NCBI GenBank assembly: GCA_039818205.1
Contig: JBCBUK010000013.1
Span: forward strand, 1-64,000
Direction: 5' to 3'
DNA length: 64,000 nucleotides
DNA from: Verrucomicrobiota bacterium
Lineage (GTDB): Bacteria > Verrucomicrobiota > Verrucomicrobiia > Opitutales > Cerasicoccaceae
Under the pieces are notes generated by a model that searched no databases, was not told where the DNA came from, and saw only the letters and a list, made by a program, of their open reading frames with translations. How positions within the stretch are numbered: the first letter of the stretch is position 1; each line of letters starts with the position of its first letter. The translations under genes were made by a program, and so were the position numbers. This document shows positions 9,449 through 16,075 of this stretch, in pieces.

Positions 9449-9544
9449 CGTGTGTTAGCGCTGTTTGTTCGGAAGGAAGCTTTGGGATGCAGAGTTGGGT
9501 AAAGAATCTCGACAGATACGGCGTCTTCGGGCATGCTATAGGCT

Positions 9545-9961
9545 ATGAAATCGTTATCTTCCCGTAGGCCCTTATTGGTTTTCGTTTTTGCAGTCTTGAC
9601 GGTCGTTACCGGATGGACTTTTGCTCAGAACAATTCAAATCAGTCCGGTCCGGTTCCGGTCACGGGCTATGATGTGATTCCGGGAAGGCCACAGCCAGGT
9701 GTTGGCCGTTTGTTGGATCGGGTTGAGACGAAGCTGAATCGCATTATTCAGCAGCAAGGTGGGCGCTACATTTTCTTAGTGTCTTCGGAAGACGATCTTT
9801 GGCGGTTGGATACTTACACTGGTAAGGTGGCGATTTTGAATCTTGTACGGGGTGCGGAGTGGGATACTTTGGATGTTCCCGAGAAAACGCTTCAGCCGGG
9901 TAATGCCTTCTATGAACAGTTTGTGCAGAAGTTGGACGGTATTAACTTCAACACGAACTGA
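9545..9961 (+). CDS. Hypothetical secreted protein inserted antisense between TerS-like and TerL genes
   Basis: 138 aa with signal peptide (MKSLSSRRPLLVFVFAVLTVVTGWTFA|Q) and 'LWRLDTYTGKV'. Confidence 0.7.
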   Translation: MKSLSSRRPLLVFVFAVLTVVTGWTFAQNNSNQSGPVPVTGYDVIPGRPQPGVGRLLDRVETKLNRIIQQQGGRYIFLVSSEDDLWRLDTYTGKVAILNLVRGAEWDTLDVPEKTLQPGNAFYEQFVQKLDGINFNTN

Positions 9962-9999
9962 GTTTCGCTGGTATCACCGTTGTCGCGCCCACTTGAGCG

Positions 10000-10377
10000 C
10001 TAGAGCAGGTTGAGCCGACGTTCGATTTCTCGCAATGTCGCGGGTGGTATGCCGGACTCGTCGTCTTTCGGTTGGTGAGTCTGATCGAACTGGTGTTTCT
10101 TCATGCTGTACTCGCCGTGTTTGATCGCGCCCTCGCGGAACTTGAACTCAACGGACTTAAGCTGGACGAGTGAGGCGCTTAGTTTTTGAAGGATTGCGAC
10201 GAGTGAGGCGAGCTCAGTCGTATCGGGCTTGGGGTCATGCACGAAGCAGTGGCGTAGTGCCTCCCAGGCTCGGTTGATTGAGTCGGTCGCGGCGGAGTAG
10301 CCCGGGCAGGTGAGTTCGAGCATTTGCTCGGTTTCGAGTTGATCGTCGAGGAGTTGTTCGGTGTCAAAGTTTGTCAT
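10000..10377 (-). CDS. Putative small terminase (Mu gp27/DUF3486-like, short)
   Basis: Upstream of TerL, helical, C-terminus 'GIPPATLREIERRLNLL' resembling gp27-like tails. Probable start MTNFDTE at 10377. Confidence 0.55.
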   Translation of the reverse strand: MTNFDTEQLLDDQLETEQMLELTCPGYSAATDSINRAWEALRHCFVHDPKPDTTELASLVAILQKLSASLVQLKSVEFKFREGAIKHGEYSMKKHQFDQTHQPKDDESGIPPATLREIERRLNLL

Positions 10378-10404
10378 GGTTCTATTTATTTTCTTAGGAA
10401 ATTG

Positions 10405-10488
10405 GACTTTGCCGGGCAAAGTCATGGGTTGCACCTAAGGCTTAGGTGTTTCTGTTTGTAGGAGTGGTAGAACTTTGCCCGGCAAAGC
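10405..10488. promoter_or_regulatory. Three adjacent palindromes upstream of the TerS-like gene
   Basis: GACTTTGCC-G-GGCAAAGTC (10405-10423), CACCTAAG-G-CTTAGGTG (10432-10448), ACTTTGCC-C-GGCAAAGC (10472-10488). Confidence 0.65.
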
Positions 10489-10493
10489 TTGCT

Positions 10494-10808
10494 TTATGGG
10501 TGGCGGTGGATTCGGTCGAGCTCGGCTAGGCGTTGGCCGTGGAACTTGCTCTGAGCAATGAGTGCGGCTATGTGTTCGGCGTTTTCTCCCACGAGGCGTT
10601 GCAAGTTTGCGATATCTGACTTGGTGTCTCGTTGGTGTGCGTGCAGTTCTTCGCGGAGGTAACGCAGGTCGGTCTGGGTAGCGTAAGTTAGTTTTGGGTC
10701 TGGCTTTTCACGGAAGTGATCGCGAATGCGCAAGACCAGGAGGACGGCTCCCAGGAGCGAGATACTGCCGATTGTGACTAGACCGAGGATGTGGTTTGGA
10801 TCGGACAT
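10494..10808 (-). CDS. Membrane-anchored coiled-coil protein (positional equivalent of Mu gp25/DUF2730)
   Basis: N-terminal TM helix then coiled coil; lies between holin-like and TerS-like genes. Confidence 0.55.
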   Translation of the reverse strand: MSDPNHILGLVTIGSISLLGAVLLVLRIRDHFREKPDPKLTYATQTDLRYLREELHAHQRDTKSDIANLQRLVGENAEHIAALIAQSKFHGQRLAELDRIHRHP

Positions 10809-10865
10809 GTGGTGCTTGTATGCGGATATGATAACGAGTTGGAGCCTTTGCTCTGGAATGCAGAG

Positions 10866-11315
10866 TTAGAAGCGATTGTGTCCGGCGAGTGATCCACCGA
10901 AGTAGAGGCCGATGATTGCACTAAGCAGGTGCGTATCAAGTGGGGTAATGGTCAGGCCTTTTACTTCTTTCCAATGGATTTTTTCGACATCGTTGGTAAA
11001 GAACCAGAAGCCTTCTTCGATTTTCGGATAGCCAACTTGCATCAGGATATCGGGTCGCCAGATGGCGATAATTTTCGGCAGAGCAATAACCGATAGCACG
11101 CAGGTAAGCGCAATCACTCGCCGGGTCCATTGGAAACCGGAATTTGAGTAACGGCGTGCGGCATCGATGTAGCCTGCTTGTTCGTTGAGCGCCTGCATCG
11201 CCATGAGACGTTCTTCGCGTCTCGCAGCGTTGGACATCGCCCAGATCTTCATAACGCCACCGAGCATGGACGAGCCAAGCAGGGTGACGAGTTCAGCGGG
11301 AAAGGCCGGATTCAT
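10866..11315 (-). CDS. Putative holin-like membrane protein
   Basis: Three hydrophobic segments, 'FQWTRRVIAL', C-terminal 'AIIGLYFGG' like 3-TM phage/GTA holins; first gene of the module. Confidence 0.55.
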   Translation of the reverse strand: MNPAFPAELVTLLGSSMLGGVMKIWAMSNAARREERLMAMQALNEQAGYIDAARRYSNSGFQWTRRVIALTCVLSVIALPKIIAIWRPDILMQVGYPKIEEGFWFFTNDVEKIHWKEVKGLTITPLDTHLLSAIIGLYFGGSLAGHNRF

Positions 11316-11355
11316 TGTTTTGTTTTATTGAGTGGTTGCGGATTGTGTTTCGTCC

Positions 11356-11411
11356 TCGGGAACGTTCCCGAAGGATGTGTGTATGATATCAAATATCCGC
11401 TTAACGCTCAA
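11356..11411 (-). promoter_or_regulatory. Sigma70-like promoter plus downstream palindromic operator for the phage module
   Basis: Minus strand TTGAGC (11411-11406), 17 nt, TATCAT (11388-11383) with extended -10 TG. Perfect palindrome TCGGGAACGTTCCCGA at 11356-11371. Confidence 0.6.
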
Positions 11412-11665
11412 TGTGCCGGTTGGTTCCCGTGCTTGGGTGGGGCGCGTTTGCTTGGTTGGCTTGCCAAGCTCGAAACTGGGGGTATTCCGATATTATCCGT
11501 CACTGGTTTTTGCGCACCTTTGTCGTGGTTTACCGCCTTGCCGGAGAATTGTGTGCGGCCTATTACTGGGGGGTAGGGAATAACAGTCGGAGGAGGCATT
11601 TTTTTTGAAAAAAATTGATCCCGGACTTGGAAAACGGAGAGAAATCCGATTATTTTGAATCCATT

Positions 11666-12778
11666 ATGCGGATCGTCACTCGGGAAACGAATTTTCATCA
11701 AGGGATTGGTTTGCCTCCGGGAGAAGTGGTCGCGGTCGACGGAGCGGATACACCACAAACGCGGATTCGCTTGATGGCTTATAGCAAGGACAGCTATCTC
11801 GAGAAAAGCGGTGGCTCGATCGATGAGATGCTGTCGGAGGTTGGCAAGTGGACGGTTTGCTGGATCCACATTCAAGGTCTGGGTGATGCTCACCAGATAA
11901 CGGACCTTTGTGCACGTTTGAAGGTGCATCCCTTGGCGGTCGAGGACATGCTGAATACCGATTGCCGGCCAAAGTTGGATGAGTTCGACAATGATCTATT
12001 TATGACAACTCGGGCGGCGGTGTTTAAGGAATCCGAGGAGGCCGTCTACATGGAGCAGATTACGTTCTATGCGTCGGAGGGATTACTGGTGTCCATTCAG
12101 GAGAGTAACGAGCGCTTGTTCGATCCGGTGTTAAAGCGGATCCATAACAAGCAGGCGCGCATTCGCCAGCGTGGGGTAAGCTATCTCGCGTTTGCGCTCA
12201 TGGATGTTAAGAATGATTTTATCATGTCGATCCTCGATGAGATTGAAGACGACATCGTGGCGCTGGAGCAGGAGATGCTGGAGAAGACCGGTCATGGGCG
12301 TTCGCGGCATTCGGTCGGGGTCGGGATTGAGGAAATTTACCGGAAGAAGCGGGCAGTGCTGGCGTTGATGCGAATCCTCTTACCGATGCGTGACAATGCC
12401 AACCGGCTCGAGTATTTGGATCACCCGTTGCTGGATGAAGCCGATCGCTTTTTCTTCCGGGATTTGGCCGACTCGGCTCGCCGAGCGGTGGAGCGGATGG
12501 AACACAATCGCATCATCCTGCAAACGATGCAGGAATTTTCTCACCTGGAGCAAGAGCACCGCACCAATGAAGTGATGAAAGTGCTCACGATCATTGCGAC
12601 CCTGTTCTTGCCCCTCACGTTTATTGCAGGTGTTTATGGAATGAACTTTAGCCACGAAGCCAGCCCGTGGAATATGCCTGAGCTTTATTGGAAGTACGGC
12701 TACTTCATGTGCCTCGGGCTCATGGCGTTTGTCTTCATCGCATTCCTCGTCTTTTTTCGCCGTCGCGACTGGCTCTAA
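11666..12778 (+). CDS. corA: Magnesium/cobalt transporter CorA
   Basis: 'HPLAVEDML', 'RTNEVMKVLTII', 'GVYGMNF', 'MPELYWKYGY'. Confidence 0.95.
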   Translation: MRIVTRETNFHQGIGLPPGEVVAVDGADTPQTRIRLMAYSKDSYLEKSGGSIDEMLSEVGKWTVCWIHIQGLGDAHQITDLCARLKVHPLAVEDMLNTDCRPKLDEFDNDLFMTTRAAVFKESEEAVYMEQITFYASEGLLVSIQESNERLFDPVLKRIHNKQARIRQRGVSYLAFALMDVKNDFIMSILDEIEDDIVALEQEMLEKTGHGRSRHSVGVGIEEIYRKKRAVLALMRILLPMRDNANRLEYLDHPLLDEADRFFFRDLADSARRAVERMEHNRIILQTMQEFSHLEQEHRTNEVMKVLTIIATLFLPLTFIAGVYGMNFSHEASPWNMPELYWKYGYFMCLGLMAFVFIAFLVFFRRRDWL

Positions 12779-12870
12779 CCAACGTGCCGTTGGATCCAGT
12801 TTGGCACTCGCCAACCTGCGGTTGGATCCAGTTTTGCGCTCGCATTGCTCGCACGCCAACCTGCGGTTGG
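12779..12870. repeat. REP-like intergenic palindromic repeat CCAAC-N5-GTTGG(ATCC), 3 copies
   Basis: Copies at 12779-12797, 12811-12829, 12856-12870, between convergent genes. Confidence 0.7.
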
Positions 12871-12945
12871 GTCGATGGGTGCACGATCATGCCCGCCTAT
12901 AGGGCGAGGATGGAGTGGTCGGAATTGAACTCCCTGAAGGTGAGT

Positions 12946-13554
12946 CTAATTGCTGAAGACTTCCTTCAGGCCCGTCAGGTTATGGTAGTTGAGGCGTTTG
13001 GCGTGTTCGAAATACTCATCGCGCTTCGCTTCGTTCCCCGCGTAGTGGTAGGCGATGGCCAAGTTAGCGGGAATGGTCCCATAGTCTTTGCGCAGGTCCC
13101 AGGCGAGTTCGCCGTACTCGACGGCTTTGTTGTAGTTGCCTTCCATGAGTTCGATGGCGACTAGGCTTGCGTATGCCTCTGGGTTCTCCGGGACAATCGA
13201 GATAGCGCGCATATAATTTTGGCGGGCTTTGTCCGTGTTGCCGAGTATTCGATTCATGGCGCCCAGTCCGACGTAGGCATTGTCGCTTTCCGGATTGAGG
13301 CTGATTGATTTTTGGAAGCAGGCTTCTCCCTCTTTAATTCGATCGGTTTTAATGTAAGTCCAGCCAAGGGTGTTCCAGCCGTGGGAAGATTCAGGGTAAT
13401 CTCTAAGGTAGGCGTTTAGGTCTTCGACAACCAGATCGTATTGGCCCGAATAGAGTCGCTCTTCGATTTCGCTCAGCCGAATGATGTCTTCGCTTTTCGT
13501 GCAGCCAGCAAGTGAAATTGCGATGAGCAGTAGGGTTGCGAGTGGGCGAAGCAT
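12946..13554 (-). CDS. TPR-repeat lipoprotein
   Basis: Lipobox LAGC; TPR patterns 'GWNTLGWTY', 'AYVGLGAM', 'AYASLVAI'. Confidence 0.85.
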   Translation of the reverse strand: MLRPLATLLLIAISLAGCTKSEDIIRLSEIEERLYSGQYDLVVEDLNAYLRDYPESSHGWNTLGWTYIKTDRIKEGEACFQKSISLNPESDNAYVGLGAMNRILGNTDKARQNYMRAISIVPENPEAYASLVAIELMEGNYNKAVEYGELAWDLRKDYGTIPANLAIAYHYAGNEAKRDEYFEHAKRLNYHNLTGLKEVFSN

Positions 13555-13571
13555 GTGATTGGGCGCGGCGG

Positions 13572-13937
13572 TTAGGGTTCGTCGCGATGCTTGGATGAGG
13601 TGGCTTGTTTGATGACGCCGATCGCGAGCAGCGTAAGTGCGGATGCACCGACGATCTTGAGAATCGTTTTGGGTGTCGACGACTTGCCGGGCGCCGATTT
13701 CTTATCGGCTAGTTTATCAGGCTCCGCGGGCTTCTTGATCTTATATAAATTAGCCTGTTCGCGGAACTGTCGGACAAGTGGCAGTATCTTTTGTGCGGCG
13801 ACCACGGGCTTGCTCATCGCGATGGCGCGCTTGGTGTCGGGCACAAACGAGCTCACATCATCGCCTAGGCGCTGACGCTGTTCGGCAATGCGTTGCTGCA
13901 GCGCCTCTACTTCGGTTTTACCATTGCGCCCAGACAT
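13572..13937 (-). CDS. Hypothetical protein (YqjK/DUF3618-like)
   Basis: N-terminal coiled coil, C-terminal hydrophobic helix; third gene of a yqjDE-like cluster. Confidence 0.55.
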   Translation of the reverse strand: MSGRNGKTEVEALQQRIAEQRQRLGDDVSSFVPDTKRAIAMSKPVVAAQKILPLVRQFREQANLYKIKKPAEPDKLADKKSAPGKSSTPKTILKIVGASALTLLAIGVIKQATSSKHRDEP

Positions 13938-14281
13938 TCGGCATCCTTTTTGAGTTCGCTGCGGGTGGCGGTGAACGGTTTGTTTTGCTTGCTGGTGATG
14001 TTGTAGATCACGGTCAGGCAGACGCCCAATAAGATCAGGAAAAAGAGACAGGTTCCGCCCAGCACCCAGGCGCGGTATTCTTCCGGGGTTGCCAGGGCAA
14101 TGGCCACGATTCCCGCGACTCCGGCTAGGATCGAACAGGCCACCGAGATCGCCACGGAACCAATCAGGGTAGCGAGCTGCGCCTTCTCCTGCTGCACCTC
14201 CAAGCCAAACAGCTCGAGACGTGCTTCCACGATCTCAAGGATGGTCTGGCCGATTGAGGCCGCTTTGTCGAATGGGTTCAT
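13907..14281 (-). CDS. YqjE-like membrane protein
   Basis: 'ARLELFGLEVQQEK', two TM helices, 'PFTATRSELKKD'. Confidence 0.8.
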   Translation of the reverse strand: MNPFDKAASIGQTILEIVEARLELFGLEVQQEKAQLATLIGSVAISVACSILAGVAGIVAIALATPEEYRAWVLGGTCLFFLILLGVCLTVIYNITSKQNKPFTATRSELKKDAECLGAMVKPK

Positions 14282-14466
14282 TGAGCTGCTTGTTTGATGG
14301 CTTTGGCTATGCTTGGTCTTTCGTTCTGGGAGTATTTTCTATCGCCAGGGAAGAATAGCCAGTGTCGAATGTGTGCCTTTGTTTTCGGATGCGGGCAGAT
14401 CCACGTTAAATAGCGCGATTGCTAAACCAAAGTACCTTCGAGCCCTGATCGTCAATTGTTCCGATC

Positions 14467-14823
14467 TCAGTCCCGAAAGATGCGATCGATGATGATGCCG
14501 GTGAGGACTGCGATGCCGACGGATTTCCAGGGGTTGGCTTTGATGTATTCCTCGGTTTCCTCAATTGAGTCTTTGGCTTTGGCGGCGAACTCCTCGCCTT
14601 CGGCCTTAAGTTTATCCACCACATCATGGCCGTCAGTCTTGAGTTTGCTGACGACGTCCTCAAGTTGGCTGCGCAGGCCATCAATCTTTTCCTTGGCGAT
14701 ATCACTGGTGGCATCGGTGGCGTCGTGCGTGATGGCCTTGGCGTCATCGATGAGTTGTTTCAGGTCAGCAACAAGCTTGTCGCGATCCTGGGCAAGTTTT
14801 TCGGTGGAAGCATCTTCGGACAT
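14467..14823 (-). CDS. DUF883 family (YqjD/ElaB) ribosome-binding membrane protein
   Basis: 'EEYIKANPWKSVGIAVLTGIII' C-terminal signature. Confidence 0.88.
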   Translation of the reverse strand: MSEDASTEKLAQDRDKLVADLKQLIDDAKAITHDATDATSDIAKEKIDGLRSQLEDVVSKLKTDGHDVVDKLKAEGEEFAAKAKDSIEETEEYIKANPWKSVGIAVLTGIIIDRIFRD

Positions 14824-14869
14824 GCGGATTATCGTAAGCAGTGATTGGCCTTCATGTAGAGACTAAAAA

Positions 14870-14908
14870 CCAACGTGCCGTTGAATCCACCAACGTGCCG
14901 TTGGATCC
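14870..14908. repeat. Same REP-like repeat, 2 tandem copies
   Basis: CCAACGTGCCGTTGAATCC (14870-14888) and CCAACGTGCCGTTGGATCC (14890-14908). Confidence 0.7.
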
Positions 14909-15031
14909 GGTTTTGAGATATGGTTGGCTGCGACCGCTGCTTGCTGAAAAAGCGCGTTACTCGGTAGCAACGCGCTTTGATGGAAATGATGAACAATGGT
15001 CAGCGAACAATGCGCCCAGCGAAAGTTTCGG

Positions 15032-15292
15032 CTAGTAGGTGCCGAGGATTTCGTTGTGTCGCATGTGATACATTTCTGGGGTCATCGCGCCCTCCGAGTA
15101 TTGGCGATCGAGCTTCTGGAGCTGCATAACGCGCTTCTCGCTAGCAGTCATGGGCGGGCCAACAGGCTGGGATAGGCTTGGGTCACCGGTTTTGGTGGCT
15201 GGTTGAGCTGCTGGAGTGGAACTCTCGGTGCTTTCGCAGCCAGTGAGGGCGATTGTCAGTGCGACGATGGTTGTAATGAGTAGCGTTTTCAT
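15032..15292 (-). CDS. Small lipoprotein
   Basis: Lipobox LTGC; SHOCT-like C-terminus. Confidence 0.7.
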   Translation of the reverse strand: MKTLLITTIVALTIALTGCESTESSTPAAQPATKTGDPSLSQPVGPPMTASEKRVMQLQKLDRQYSEGAMTPEMYHMRHNEILGTY

Positions 15293-15404
15293 AGGCGTGT
15301 AGTTTCTGTGTTGAGAGCAATTCTAGTTCCAGGATCTGTCGGATCAAGTGTTTTTGGGAAGGGTGGCTGTGGGATTGATCCCGGGGATACTGTATGTATT
15401 TTCG

Positions 15405-15851
15405 ATGACTGTGTCCCAAGACGAAACTCATTTGAATAACCTGGCTATCGCTCACTACGCAATTGGCGGGGTTATGGTTCTATTCGCCTGTATGCCCCTG
15501 ATGCATATGTTTATTGGGCTCTCGATTGTTTTTGGCGGCGACGAGTTTTTTCCAGATGCGGAAGGTCAGCCGCCACCGTTTATCGGATGGTTTTTCTTCA
15601 TTATTGGGCTCCTGTTTTTCCTGTTGGGCCAGGCGATCGCAATTTCGGTCATCATTTCGGGTCGGTTTATAAAGCGGCGGAAAAATTACCTTTTTTCCTT
15701 TGTCTTGGCCTGTATCGTGTGTGCGTTTGTGCCGTTCGGCACGGTTTTGGGCGTATTTACGATCATCGTGCTCTCCCGCGACTCCGTTAAGAACTTGTAC
15801 GGTAGGCCGCGAACATCCCCGCCGGACCTGCCAAATACGTCCGTTTGCTAG
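15405..15851 (+). CDS. Hypothetical membrane protein
   Basis: Several TM helices, 'PFGTVLGVFTIIVL'. Confidence 0.75.
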   Translation: MTVSQDETHLNNLAIAHYAIGGVMVLFACMPLMHMFIGLSIVFGGDEFFPDAEGQPPPFIGWFFFIIGLLFFLLGQAIAISVIISGRFIKRRKNYLFSFVLACIVCAFVPFGTVLGVFTIIVLSRDSVKNLYGRPRTSPPDLPNTSVC

Positions 15852-16030
15852 CTCAAGGTCGCATTTGCCGATGGGCAACCAGTTGGGTGGCGGTGGATAT
15901 CAGTCTCGAATGGCTGAGCGAGTCAAAATGTCGCTACGACTAGGCTAATTCCTGGCCCCGTGAAGGGCTTGACATCGGGTGGCGCGGGTTCTTTATTACC
16001 TGATTCACAACTATCCGTACGACACGATAG

Positions 16031-16053
16031 GTGGGTTTCGACCCACTTTTTTT
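16031..16053 (+). terminator. Terminator-like hairpin in the nusA leader
   Basis: GTGGGT-TTCG-ACCCAC followed by T7, about 22 nt before the nusA ATG; TTGACA at 15969 upstream. Confidence 0.65.
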
Positions 16054-16075
16054 ATTTTTAGAAACCTTCAATCCG

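Larger units (their letters stand above)
2607..10866. repeat. Dispersed 17-bp palindrome RCTYTG-N5-CARAGY (putative operator array)
   Basis: Exact copies start at 3149, 3873, 6875, 7774, 8774, 9479, 10406, 10472, 10850. One-mismatch copies start at 2607, 4358, 6617, 8508. Confidence 0.85.
2048..11411 (-). mobile_element. Mu-like phage head/packaging module lacking transposition, regulatory and tail genes (domesticated prophage or candidate gene transfer agent)
   Basis: Ten co-oriented ORFs in Mu late-operon order (lysis-like, TerS, TerL, portal, protease, cement, capsid, gp36-like, fibre) plus one antisense insert. Flanked directly by nadA and corA. Confidence 0.85.

Noticed and set aside
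2040..11665. att sites or Mu-type TG...CA ends bounding the phage module
   Set aside because: No flanking direct repeat, tRNA target or transposase-binding end repeats seen by eye; the boundaries run straight into nadA and the corA upstream region.
12779..12870. Mini CRISPR array
   Set aside because: Repeats are 15-19 bp, spacers are 13 and 26 bp, and no cas genes are present.
13907..14281. 'Phage holin family' gene as part of the phage module
   Set aside because: It is the YqjE-like member of a common yqjD/E/K-type stress cluster, separated from the module by corA.
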